Origin: Hydrolagus colliei
Taxonomy: Eukaryota
Assembly: GCA_035084275.1 (NCBI GenBank)
Contig: CM068748.1
Coordinates: 806,001-870,000 of the forward strand
Reading direction: 5' to 3'
DNA: 64,000 bases
Shown: positions 1 through 12,190 of the stretch, piece after piece
Numbering within the stretch: position 1 is the stretch's first letter
Layout of the letters: each line of letters opens with the position of its first letter
Notes under the pieces: generated by a model
What the model saw: the letters and a program-made list of their open reading frames with translations, nothing else
Database searches by the model: none
Told to the model about the DNA's origin: nothing
Translations under genes and position numbers: made by a program

Positions 1-247
1 TTTCCTTACTCCACACACACACACACATGCCTAATAATAATCCATCCAAAAAAAAACAGAATATTAAAAAAAATTGGTCATTTTCAATCCACAATTGTTT
101 GTGGGGACGCTGCTGTGCGCAATTGGCTGCAGCGTTTCGCCCACAAATATATACAGTCAATTCACTTCACAGTATATTCTGTGAGGCGCTTTGAGACGTC
201 AACAAGATATGAACAGCGCTATATCAAATGCAAGGATTATTATTATA
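1..247 (+). mobile_element. Young tRNA-derived SINE, cut by the window edge
   Basis: Family body gtgggacgctgctgtgcgcaattggctgc, tail cgctatatcaaatgcaagg followed by (ATT)n. Confidence 0.9.
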
Positions 248-1225
248 ACTCTAACATCGTGAACCATGAAGATAATTTGTCTGTTGGTCCACCAGCACAC
301 GGTAGATTTCCTCGGGGTTACCATTATTTGAGACAGTGTTTCACATTTTCTTTTGGAGAGTATCTAGACGACTGACAGCTTGACCGAAAACATTTCAACA
401 CCCAAAGTTGGGTGGCAGATTTGAAGTTAAAACCTTTGCATCGAAGTAAAGCTATTTGACCCTCAGCGAGGCAGTTGACATTTTTCAGCCCAGGGTTGAA
501 GCTGTCATCACAAGGCTAAAAAGGCCTTATCTTTACACAGGCTTCACTTCGAACAATTTTGTTTGTGTAATTAGCCAATCTACTGAGAACCCGATTCAGT
601 ATGGAGACAAACGATTGGATCTGATTGAAATACGTATAATGTTTAACTATATCGATATCAAAATGTCTCAAAGTGCTTCACAGGTAATTGCTGTCCAATG
701 TAGTGGCTGCATTTGGTTAAGAAAAAGTAACACTTAGTTTATGCACAGCATGAATTAAGACAGACTTAGCATCTGAATGTTACTGTTTGACAAGAAAAGC
801 TATTTGATAAAGTACTAAGTAACTCGTTAAGTAACGGGTATCACCAAATATCAGCGAACAATGGGAATTAGCCACGTTTAAATTTAGATGAATTTAGCTT
901 TCTAAAGTCTGGATGTCCAGCTGGAAGATTGCGACCTTAGCCTGGCTCCATTACGCACATTGGGAGGGCAGCTCTTTGCATTAGGATTATTGCACATGTG
1001 CACAAATCCAAGAAAATAGTTTGCAGAGAATATGTACTTTTGCTCTAATGCAGCAATCACGCACTTAAAACAGGTGGTCGTGTTTGACCACTGAGGTAAG
1101 TGGAAACGTTACATTCCTCGGAGGCACAGGCACAGATACCCACTATTTCATTCAATCTCAGAAGTAGAAGATGTGTTTCATAATCTTTTATGAAAAGTGA
1201 GCATGTTCGACAGTTAGCAATTATT

Positions 1226-1555
1226 TTAATAATAATCCTTGCATTTGATAGAGCACTTTTCATGTCTTCTAGAATCTGAAAGCGCTTCAATAGAATACAC
1301 TGTGAAGTGAATTGACTGTATATTTTGTGGGTGAAACGCGGCAGCCAATTGCGCACAGCAGCGTCCCCCACAAACTGTCGTGGATTGAAATGACAAATTT
1401 TTATTATTGTGTTTTTTTTTGGACGGATTATTATTATCAGGCATGTGGAGCAAGGAAACTTGCCCAAGGTTTTGCCCTGATCTGCCTGAATTCGAACACA
1501 GGTCTCACGCTTGCTTGTAAGGTGAGTGCTTTAACCACTGAGCTATAGGAGCTCC
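1226..1555 (-). mobile_element. Full-length young tRNA-derived SINE (~330 bp)
   Basis: The minus strand has a head with box A (tagctcagtgg) and box B (gttcgaattc), the family body, an L2-like tail and (ATT)n. Confidence 0.92.
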
Positions 1556-2644
1556 GCGTTGCCAAAGGAGGCGGAGAAATATGTTATACTTCCATTGTTT
1601 TGTGAAGATGCGAATGGTGAACTAAGATATCAATCATCTTGAGAGATACCAACCGCATGAAGTCACACGTCTTTCCGGGTCACTGTTGGGCCTCTTAATG
1701 ATCTATTCAGAAGCGAGCTGCATTTCCCCAGCGCTCTTGAGAGCAAATTGCCCGAGTTCCTGCAACGCTGGAAATTGTAAACCTTTCAAGGTTAGCAAAG
1801 GATTGAAAGCCATCCACGAGGCTTGATTCAGGGGTTGGGCATCAGATGAGTAAAAAGTCAAAGGTTCGGTAAGGTAACGGTTAGTGCCATCTAGGCTTGG
1901 TATTCTGTAGTAAAGTGCAAGATTGCCATGTCCTTGAAGAAAACACCACTGGCTTCCAAACTATCCAATGCACTGCACTGTGTGAAACGATAGCGATATG
2001 AAACATACATTTCAAAAAGAAGACCTACTGATCTCAACCTTAAAGGTTCGCATGAAAGACTTGATGAGGGCATGGAGTACTAGGTTAAGGCGCCACTGGG
2101 GAAACACTGCGTGCTTGGGTCTAGAGAGCAGCGTCAGTGTGATAAACATTACAATGAGATTACATTAAACGGCCCGGATTTCAAGGCATGCACGCAAAGT
2201 ACAGAGAGAGGAAGAACACTTGCCATACAGAGAACGAGAAGAGAATTCAAGAGCGATGATTGATACTGCTTAAGAAATTCCCAAATCCTGCAATATAGGA
2301 ACAGCCGGCTACTGAAACTCTGTCCAAAATATTTTCTCTTAGATCTGGGTAATTATACACCTTTACGTAACCTGGCAATAGAAAAAAGTATACTAAATGA
2401 TACAGGAACAGATAGACTACCTATAAGAACCGAAGAAACAAAGCTATTTCTGTATATCCAACTGCCCTCCACGTATGTTGGAAGTATTACGTATGTAGAA
2501 TTTAACTAGAGCAAGGACAAGACGGCATGAGAAATGCAGAGGAGGTTGAGCTCGAACTTAGACAGAGAAAATAAATTGGAGGTTAGTGGAATAAATCTGA
2601 AAAACATCTTGATAAATTGATTATTTTCTTAGCCGCAAAGTGCA

Positions 2645-2852
2645 TCGCTCCCTCTCTTGTCTCCTTGAAGGCACACCAGAAAGGCCCTCCTCTTCAACCA
2701 TGCCTTCGGTCAGCCTCCTTCACCTTCCCCTCCCTGCCCTCCACCCCTCCTGATTCCAACCCCAGTTCGGATCCAACTCCTTGACTGTCCAACGCCTTGG
2801 GATGTCCTCCCAAAATGAAAGGCGTTGTGTAAACGTCATCTGTTGTTGTTGT
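2645..2852 (+). mobile_element. L2-clade LINE 3' end (end of ORF2 plus 3'UTR)
   Basis: Contains cgccttgggatgtcctccc...tgaaaggcg followed by (GTT)n. Homologous to the clearer copy at 58136-58387. Confidence 0.75.
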
Positions 2853-3634
2853 GTGGTAACCATGCCATGTGTGCACAGTAGTTAGATATCGAGGGAGGAT
2901 GGACAAATGGATGAAGTATTTTTTGTTCAGCTTGAATCTGCCGATTCCAGCTTTGCCTTCTTAGTGATTAATTAACCATAGTCCACATCTGCTCAGTTTT
3001 GACTTTAGCCGTTCACTTTCTGCGCCTCATACGGATGAAAGGTTCACGGAGCAGCCTTTCGGAGAGATTGGCAGTCATTTGAAGATCGATGGACGCTACA
3101 GGGGGAAAGGGCGATATCAAGGGCTTTCCTGTGTCAGCAGTAATGGAGAGCTCAGCCTTCAAGTTCTGTGAATGAGTAATGGTCAAAGGTTGCAAATTGG
3201 CGTAATACCTCAATCCAGAAATTCCTCAGGTGGATAGGCATTTAGAAGCAGAAATCACAAAGGGATATACTGTAAAAGCAAGAGTAGCTCTGTAGTAAGA
3301 CCCACAAGGTAGATAAGTCTTTGACCAATATGCAACTACCTTGAAAATTATCCCTCAAGCTATTGGACGTTTTATATGTGTTCAGATACCAACAGGGAAA
3401 TGTTATAATGAAACTCTACCCATGTTCACCTAGAGTTAATAGTCCTTCTTTTTGTCTTCCTGGAGGCATCCCACTGGAGGCTACCCTCCAGTGGGATGTT
3501 AACTGGCAAAATGGTTGCCAAATCTTAAAAGATAGACGCGATTCGAAAATTCAGGTTAGAATTGGATTTAGATTGAAGAAAGGCTATACAGTACTTTTGA
3601 GTCTTTTGGTGGTTGTAGTGGCACTCAAACACTA

Positions 3635-3851
3635 ATGAAAATTGTTCATTTTCAATCCACGGCTGTTTGTGTGGGCTGCTGTGAGCAATTGGCTGCTGCG
3701 TTTTGCCAACAAATATACAGTCAATTCACTTTACAGTATATCCTGTGAAACACTTTGAGACGTCGATAAGATGTGTAAACCGCTACATCAAATGCCAGGA
3801 TTATTATTATTACTATAGAAAAGGGAAGGATTATTATTGTTATTATTATTA
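3635..3851 (+). mobile_element. 5'-truncated young SINE
   Basis: Family body and tail, with a locally duplicated aggattattat end. Confidence 0.85.
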
Positions 3852-4073
3852 TAGCAGCAACTGCAGAAATGCTTCTCTCTCAAGTGGCATTTCCATTCTG
3901 GAAGAGCAAACTAATAAAATATAGAAAAAAACCCATCATCAAAGTTATTCCAAAGCAAAGAAAATCCGTTACTTCCACTGCTTTGACATTTTATTTCAGT
4001 TCACCTATTTAAGTTGCAAGCTTTTCTCAACAAAAAATGGATTACCAAATGAACACTTGAAGTTGTCGTGTTC

Positions 4074-4172
4074 TAATAATAATGCTTGCACTTGATATAA
4101 TGCCTTATCACATCTTCAAGACATCTCAAAGTGCTTCACAGTATGTACTGTAAAGTGAATTAACTGTATATT
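4074..4172 (-). mobile_element. SINE 3' fragment
   Basis: taataataatgcttgcacttgatata...aagtgaattaactgtatat. Confidence 0.8.
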
Positions 4173-4518
4173 AAATGCAAACCCATCCATGAATTATGAC
4201 TACATAAGGGTTTCTCTGATATTTACTCCTTTTTCTGTTCTATTTACATGTGAGTGTTCTATCTGTACCAATGTCTTCACACTGACACTCCTAGCAGGGG
4301 GTGGTTGATGCCCATTCATTACAGTGTAAATTCCGGATGATTTTCCCCTCCCTAATGTAGGATATCGTCACCAATTATGGTTCCTCACTAACAGTAACTA
4401 ACTCTACAAGTGCTGGGGATTGAACCCAAGAGTTGTTAGGCTCAGCTACTCACGGAATTAACTTGTCAAGGCTTTTGGAACTGTCTTTTGTTCCTTTGGG
4501 ATGTTCATCTACATGTAG

Positions 4519-4720
4519 ATAATAATAATAATCAATAATAATAATCCTTGCATTTGATATAGTCCCAACCTGACCGTTTGGCGCATTGGGACGTCCTCCC
4601 GACGTGAAAGGTGCTCTACAAACCCTTTCACACCTTCTAGATGTCTCAAAGCGCTTCACAGAATATACTGTAAAGTGAATTGACTGTATATTGTGGGCGA
4701 AACGCGGGAGCCAATTGCGT
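4519..4720 (-). mobile_element. 5'-truncated young SINE interrupted by an oppositely oriented L2 3' tail (4563-4625)
   Basis: The SINE consensus breaks after catttgatatag (4562) and resumes at tttcacaccttctag (4626). Confidence 0.85.
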
Positions 4721-4747
4721 ATAATAATCCAATGGATTGTTGATCGT

Positions 4748-4900
4748 CCTTGCAGTTTGATGCAGTGTTTATCATGTCTTCGGAACACCTCAAAGTGCTT
4801 TACAGACTGTGCTGTGAAGTGAATTGACGGTATGCCTTATGGGTGAAACGCAACAGCCGATTGCGAAAAGCAGTGTTCCCACAAACAGCCGTGGATTGAA
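4748..4900 (-). mobile_element. Older, diverged SINE 3' half
   Basis: ccttgcagtttgatgcag...cccacaaacagccgtggattgaa. Confidence 0.8.
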
Positions 4901-5292
4901 GGAAGCGTGAGGACATTGTGATTTTTTTTATATGAGGGTCACGGAACATTGTAAATGTGTAGCTGTTCTGTTAAGGAATCGATAAATCTAAACACAGGCA
5001 AGTTCAGAAAACACCAAGTGTAAAGTAAAAATAAACGTTCACAGTCTAACCTGTTCAACAGGGTATTATTTTGAAGCACCGTCCGGCGTGGAGGGCACTA
5101 TATAAATCCTAGTTGTTGTTGAGTATCTGTGGGACAGATATCATATCTGCCTCTTCAAGTGATCTGGAGAGAGACAGGGCCACCTGTAGCTTTCCTTCAG
5201 CAAACACAACTCCCTGCATCTCATCAGTGATGGAACTCCAGCCCAGTCCCTTCGCCTCAGTCCCTCCCTCACGTCCTGAGGGAGGGACTGAG

Positions 5293-5340
5293 GCGTCCTC
5301 CTGACATGAAAGGCGCTCCATAAATATAATTTTGTTGTTG
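5293..5340 (+). mobile_element. L2 3'-terminal fragment
   Basis: cgtcctcctgacatgaaaggcgctccataaatataattttgttgttg. Confidence 0.7.
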
Positions 5341-5342
5341 AG

Positions 5343-5428
5343 TTCTGACGAAATGTTGACTCACTTTCCCTTTCTCCATAGACACTGCCTGACTTCCTGA
5401 GTATTCCCAGAAGTTTCTATTTTTGTTT
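5343..5428 (+). mobile_element. Penelope-type terminal repeat remnant with a collapsed hammerhead core
   Basis: ctgacgaaatgttgactc...ctccatagacactgcctgacttcctgagtattcccag resembles the copy at 50150-50265 and the shark PLE-type tail as recalled. Confidence 0.5.
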
Positions 5429-5716
5429 TATTCTCATTACATTGTCGTGTGAATTAGCAGCCGTGGATATTTTTATAGAGGTTTATTATAGTAGATGCTC
5501 TCATCCTTCGAAGAAAGGAAGAACTCGGGATCAACAACACAGCAAGCAAGAACACACAAAATATGACAAGTCATAAAGTCCCTCAGTCAAACTGAGACTA
5601 CGGTACTTGAAACGCAAGTTTTTTTAGCCTGATTCTGAAAATGATTACTTTATGCCAATTCTTTAATTGTCCAATCCAATTTCCCTGCCTGTTCTACAGA
5701 TATTAATAAGAGTAAG

Positions 5717-6035
5717 AATTCTTGCATTTGATATAGCACTTTTCACATCTTATCGACCTCTCAAAGCCATTCACAGAATATACTGTAAAGTGAATCGACT
5801 GTATATTTGTGGGTGAAACGCGGCAGCCAGTTACGCACGGCAGCGTCCCCCACAAACGGTCGTGGGTTGAGATGACCAATTTTATAATTGTGTTTTTTGG
5901 GGGGGACGGATTATTATTAGGCGCGTGTGTGGAGCAAGGAAACTTGCCCAAGGTATCGATCTGACCTGGCTGGATTTGAAACGCAGGTCTCACGCTTGCA
6001 AGGCGAGCGCTCTAACCACTGAGCTACAGGACTCC
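5717..6035 (-). mobile_element. Full-length young tRNA-derived SINE
   Basis: The minus-strand head ggagtcctgtagctcagtggttagagcgctcgccttgcaagcg is followed by a complete body and tail. Confidence 0.92.
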
Positions 6036-7871
6036 ACGGGATAGCTTGCTTCTCAGGTATCTATCTATTTCCCACTTTGAATACTGCATTTGAATGTACA
6101 TTCATGGTGTTTTGAGGGAGCGCTTGTGAACCCAGAAAAAAATTAGGGATCAGTCAGTATATTACAAGGTTCACGCCAATTTGACACACATTGGCATCAG
6201 CCGCACACTCTGTAATACATTCTAACCTAACTTTTGGAGCCCATTTAGCCCATCAGTGAGAAATTATCTCAAGGTTTTGTGTGGGATGTGATGCACATGC
6301 AGTTTTGACTGCAGCTCATACAAAGTAAATTTTTAAATTCACTTTTTATATTGAACGCCTAGGAATTCATCCAGTTGGTTTAGAGGGGGGAAGGAAAACA
6401 ACATAGTGGGTGGGAAGAGGAGATTTTACAGTGGGCTTTGGCTGCCTGTATGTGTTTTATATCAAATGGGCTTGACAGTTTTCAATCCAGTTTGAAATGG
6501 GAGTAGGGTCACAGTGGAAAAAGCAATGGTTGTGGAGAAGAAATTCAGAGAAGTATTTTGCTTAAAATCAATGCAGACTTTTGTTTGATTTGGAGGCTTT
6601 TTTTTAGGGGGAATGAGATTCGCCAGAAAATTGCTATTTGACGTTTACATGATATAACAGCCTTTGAAGCAGACAGCCGCTTGTGACAGGAAGATAGGAT
6701 TTTATAGGCGTTCTGACACCCGCCTTTATTCACAGCATTGTACAGTAATTTGTCTAATTTTGAATATCCCGAGTTAGATATATTCACAGAGTATCATTCT
6801 TCATTGTGGTTGTACAACAAACTGCTTGTGTACTTTGGCAAATCGGGACTCGGTTTTGTTTGCGGACTTCAAGAAAAAAGAATCTTTTATGTCACCCCAT
6901 ACGCCGAGACGAGCGAAAAAGGTTTCACTCGGTCGTTTTAGTTTAGAAGGATCTGGTATTTTATGGCACACATTATTTCACTGGGATTAACTAGGAATCC
7001 AAAGTACACGTCTTATCACTATGACTTTGACGAGATGTATAGTTTTAATTTGCATTCCACTTGAATCCTCATCAATTTGTGATCTAGAGTCTTGAAACCC
7101 GTTATCCTTAAATCAATCCGAAATGATACCTTTCGCATGTCCAAAGTCTAAATTCTGTGTAACTAGCTTAATGTTTTGATGTCCCCCAAACTACACATTG
7201 CAGGCAATTTGCATTAGTAACGTTCCATTTAACGCTCCCAGCTGCATTTTCCTATAAAATTATATTAGCCCCATCCACCAATTAATGTTATTTACATTAA
7301 CAGCAATATAAAACTGAAGTGCCACGTAAAATTTAACACTCGATGGGCCATGTGTGATTAGTACAAGTACTATTCCTTCTGGGCACAAAGGTATTTATTG
7401 TTTACACTAATTCATGTGTAAATGCAACGCTACCTTTAAGATATAGAAACAAAATTCATCTTTCAACAGGAAAAAATGGCCACCCATCAGATAACTGGCT
7501 GTGGCAAGTGGAACATACCACACAAATACAGTTAAGATAATGCGTTGGGGGCGCTATATCAAATGTAAGATTATTATATATATATATATATATATACATC
7601 CACACACACACTTCTTGGTACAAATATAAACTGCGTAGCTGAAAGCTTAAACTACTTATCTTGAATGCAATCTACTTGTCAATGATCAGTTTGCTGTTGT
7701 GAGATGAATGTGTTCACGACAATATTCCATAAGAAACAAATGACTACTTTCTGTGGTCAGCTGTCCACACATCGATACCCTTTGTGTAACCGGTAATCAA
7801 TGTTGTCCTTGTTCCTGACACCACAAATAAACCTCTTTTTGTACGTTGTAGAATTCGTACGAATATGTTGC

Positions 7872-8090
7872 AATAATAATAATAATAATCCCTTGCATTT
7901 GATACAGCGCTTTTCACATCTTTCTAGATGTCTCAAAGCGCTTCACAGAATATACTGGAAAGTGAATTGACTGTATATTTGTGGACGAAACGCGGCAGCC
8001 AACTGCGCACAGCAGCATCCCCCACAAACAGTCGTGGGTTGAAATGACCAAATTATTATAGGTTTTTTTTGGGACGGATTATTGTCAGGT
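7872..8090 (-). mobile_element. 5'-truncated young SINE
   Basis: (AAT)n, tail and body of the family. Confidence 0.9.
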
Positions 8091-8289
8091 GTTATTATCA
8101 GCTACAAAGGTAGTTTTGGCCTCCATGTGAACAGCTCCAGAGTAAAAGTCTTGGTTCCCTGGTCTAAAAACTCTCCCATCTCTGTAATTCAATAGACATG
8201 TAAAAGCCATTGTCAGGATGGTGGGAGGCAAACTAGATCTTGGTCTTCTACAAGTTTTATGTGCTTAACTGATAATATTAATAACATTA

Positions 8290-8482
8290 ATAATCCCTGC
8301 ATTTGATGACCAATTTATTATTGTTGTTTTAGAGGGAATGCTGTCAGGTGTGTGTGTGTGTATGTGGAGTAAAGAAACTTGCCCAAGGTTTTGGAATTGC
8401 CCTGTTTGGAATTGAACCCAGGTCTCTCTCTCTCTCTCTCGCTTGCAAGGCGAGTGCTCTAACCACTGAGCTACAAGGCTCC
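8290..8482 (-). mobile_element. Internally deleted young SINE (head fused to the extreme tail)
   Basis: taatccctgcatttgat is joined directly to gaccaatttattattg. The tRNA-like head is present at 8405-8482. Confidence 0.8.
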
Positions 8483-8605
8483 ACAAACGATGGCGCTTCT
8501 GGAACTCAACAATTAAAACGGCGTCTGTTGGAAAGGCTTCAGGTTTACAAAGAGAGGTAAACAATCTGACCGACCACATCTTTGTGGATGTGTTGAACGT
8601 TTTGC

Positions 8606-8629
8606 TACACACAGACACAATCACACCCA

Positions 8630-8666
<37 letters not shown>

Positions 8667-8678
8667 AATCACACCCAC
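8606..8678. repeat. (CA)n microsatellite flanked by a direct duplication of acacacagacacaatcacacccac
   Basis: Seen directly in the sequence. Confidence 0.85.
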
Positions 8679-8751
8679 AGCTCATCATCTAAACAAGGAT
8701 GGGCAGTGGCTCAAATGAGTATTAATATGATCAGTTAAAACAGGTAACTTT

Positions 8752-8797
8752 GGAAACCTCCAGGGTATATATATATATATATACCCTGGAGGTTTCC
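8752..8797. repeat. Perfect 46-bp palindrome ggaaacctccaggg-(TA)9-ccctggaggtttcc
   Basis: The arms are exact reverse complements and the TA centre is self-complementary. Confidence 0.95.
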
Positions 8798-9359
8798 GAA
8801 TATATAAAAACGTCCGTCTTTTGCCAGCACTTGCTTGAGACTGAAGCAGCTGAATTCTCTGTTGACTTCCCTGAAGACTAACTGCAAAATAGGCATCTTT
8901 TAAGATCTGTGGTCACTAAGCTCAGCCCCTGGCATAATAATTCAAGAAGAGTAGGAGTGAGGCCACCTTGAAATTCTTACCTTGAAATCCTCCTTTCAAG
9001 GAACTAATTTCGCTTTTTTTTTAAGATCTGGGATGGATCTGAAAGCTATTTTGTTTTTCTAAATGAATTCGACAGAGCCTTTGAAATATATGTTTTGTTT
9101 TCTGATTTTATTAGAACCTCCTTAGACACGGGAACATAAAGTTCGATGTTGTGTCGAACAGAGAAGTTAAGAATCATCTCGATCGAGGCTAAGAAAATAA
9201 TAGCCGAAGAGGAGTATTGGTGATTTTTCTGAGCTGCAGAGGATGCAGCAAACTAGTCAATTTTTTCAATTTATTATTCAAGGTATATATTGCAATACTG
9301 TGTATACTTTTATATGTATTGTAGAATATTATAATAATATAATAGTAATATAATAATAA

Positions 9360-9570
9360 TATAATCGTCAAAAAAAACTACAATATATTGGTCATTTCAA
9401 TTCACGACTGTTTATGGGGACACTGCTGTCCGCAATTGGCTGCCGAGTTTCGCTCACATATTTACAGTCAATTCCCTTTATAGTATATATTCTGTGAAAC
9501 GCTTTGAGACGTCCAGAAGATGTGAAAAGCGCGATATCAAATGCAAGGATTATTATTATTTATTATTATT
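9360..9570 (+). mobile_element. 5'-truncated young SINE
   Basis: Family body, tail and (ATT)n. Confidence 0.88.
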
Positions 9571-9909
9571 ACCTCGAATGGAGTTGGAATTTTATCACGC
9601 ACCGAAGAATATATACTTGATGTCCTACTCGATTGGGTTACAAGGATATCCTACATTTGAGTTTACGCTGGATCAATTTTATTTGATTGATTTTCCTGGT
9701 GGGTGACTGAATCCTTTTTCAAATGGCATTCGTGATAAAAGACCCACGTGGAATTAAATTACGAATGGAAAAAAGGGGACTCCATCTCAGATACATCGGC
9801 ACGCATGTGTGGGGGAAGGGGTGAGATCACAGCAGATCTTGAAGCAGTAAAATGATCTTGAATGTGTTGGAGAACACACAAACAAACAATCAAAATTACA
9901 CGGAGCAGG

Positions 9910-10040
9910 CCAGAGGTCGCAGAGGTAGGGTGGGACAAGGCGTGGAGGGCTTTGAATATGAGGACCAGGATCTCGAATTGAATCCTCTGGGTGATGGGGA
10001 GCCAATAGAGTCGGGCGAGAATGGGGGAGATGGGGTAACG
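9910..10040 (-). mobile_element. L2 LINE ORF2 C-terminal fragment (degenerate)
   Basis: The translation ISPILARLYWLPITQRIQFEILVLIFKALHAL matches the L2 ORF2 motif ITPxLxxLHWLPxxxRIxFKxLxLxFKALH. Confidence 0.85.
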
Positions 10041-10206
10041 GAGCAATTTTTTTTCTTGTGGAGAAGCCAAGATTAGGAACAAGTAGGAAATTGACTTCTC
10101 ACTGAAGAAAATAATTTAAAAATAGCCTTGTGAAATACTGCTATTAAAGGAGATGGCATTGAAATTGTATTCAAAAGGTTTCCTTCCACCTTAATACTAC
10201 CACTAT

Positions 10207-10380
10207 TAATAATAATAATCCTTGCATTTTGATATAGCACTTTTCATGTCTTCTAGACGTCTCAAAGCGCTTCACATAATGTACTGTAAAGTGAATTGAC
10301 TGTATATTTGTGGGCGAAACGCGGCAGCCAATTGCGCGCAGCAGCGTCCCCCACAAATAGTCGTGGATTGAAATGGACAA
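10207..10380 (-). mobile_element. 5'-truncated young SINE
   Basis: Family tail and body. Confidence 0.9.
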
Positions 10381-11280
10381 TTTATCATCCATTGTACACA
10401 AGGCAGAGATTTCACTTGAATGTGGGCCAATGCAATTTTGGAGCGGGAAATATAAATTAAGACTTCTTTCTCCCGAAATCCCTTGAAACACTTCCAGCAA
10501 CAGAAACAGGCATAAAAGAGGGAAGACATCCTGGAGATTTTCCATTGACTTGGATATCGTACCATGGTAATGCACGGAATTAAATAAAAGATTAGATTAC
10601 CGGACTATTCAAGCACTAAGGTGGATGAGTGTACAAAACTACATTTGTTTGCAGCAATTTGTAACACAATACTTTACAGAGTACAATTTTGTGGTTGGGA
10701 GTTTCAATGAATAATATCCAGGGATTGTAAAGCATCAGTAAATATATATATATCTATGTAATATATATTATATACACACACACACACACACAATGCAAGC
10801 TTTCGAAAGAACAGATTTTGCAGAACTAAACATAAATAACAGTAAGGCTGACTCTTAATGAACAGAAACATCAAGAGCGCAACAAATTAGGTGACTTCTG
10901 GTTTTAAAAATAAACTGAATATGTTCATATAACATTTATAAGCTGCACTTTTGTGCATATGAAGTTTTAAAGAGCAAGTTTCACCATTAGTGCCCCTTGA
11001 TTTACCAGTTACTGAGCCAAAAGCGTGAATGAGCTGAATTAGTATGTAGTCATTAACTCGGTGTGCTTCAGTAACCGAGTAATTTCAACTGTGTATGCTA
11101 ATTTAGCTCCCTCACAGGGCTGAGCTCAATATCTCCTTTAAGTTGGTTCATCTGACAATGTCTCCAGTATTCATGATTTAAACTAAGAAATACCCTACAA
11201 AATTCCCAAAGCGTTTTTTTTAGAGAAAGTAAAGGTTATCAATGGCAACAACCACCAATATAAATAATGTTAATAAACCT

Positions 11281-11598
11281 ATAATGCTTGCATTTGATAT
11301 GGTTGGCACTTAATCACGTCATTGAGACGTCTCAAAGCACTTCACAGAATGTATCATAAATTGGTTCAGCTGTGTATTTTGTGGGTGAGCACGGCAGCCA
11401 ATTGTGCACAGCAATGTCCCACAAACAGCCGTGGATTGAATGACAAAACATTTTTTTGGGGGGTGGAATTATTACACCTGGAAAGCGATCTGACACTCAA
11501 CGAACAGCCGGGTTCCTACTTACTGCTCAGTGAACAGCAGGCGGTGTAAGGAAATCTGCCGAATGTTTTTGCCCTGCCGGGAATTGAACCCGAGTCCT
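11281..11598 (-). mobile_element. Older SINE subfamily copy with an extra internal segment (gggttcctacttac)
   Basis: Same tail and body as the young family, plus a segment shared with 26410-26708 and a box B remnant (gggaattgaaccc on +). Confidence 0.8.
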
Positions 11599-12120
11599 AT
11601 GCACACTGTATTCTTGACATTAATATACTCAGGTTTTTTTTTAAAAAAACATACATATTGATGCTCTGAAGCTGTGTTGTTGCCCCCCTTTTTATATTGA
11701 GGCATTTTCACTCATTGTTGGAAAAACTGTTTTAAATTGCATTTTTGCAACCGGGAGATTCTCATCAGCGCAGATTGTGAATTGGAAATCCTACTTTGGT
11801 TTTGTGCATAACAAACTGTTTGACTCTTGAAAGAGTGGTACGTTGGGATAATTTGTTATCTTAGAATTCCCTACAGTCCTAATCACGCCAGGATTTCACA
11901 AACAACCAACGGGTATCGTAAAGAGCCTTCACTGGAGGTGATTACTCAAACAAGCCATGTAATGTCAATTAATAACTTTCAGAACGAATACACTGAGGCA
12001 GGGATGGTTAACCCCTTCAGCATTACACACACTTTTTCTTTTTTTTTTAAAAAGAGCAATTTTCAGGTATGTCCGAGCTAAATTTGTGTTATTTCTGAAT
12101 TATGAAGTCCAATTAGGAAA

Positions 12121-12150
12121 CACACACACAGCCTCACACACACACAGCCG

Positions 12151-12188
<38 letters not shown>
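12121..12188. repeat. Interrupted (CA)n microsatellite
   Basis: Seen directly in the sequence. Confidence 0.9.
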
Positions 12189-12190
<2 letters not shown>

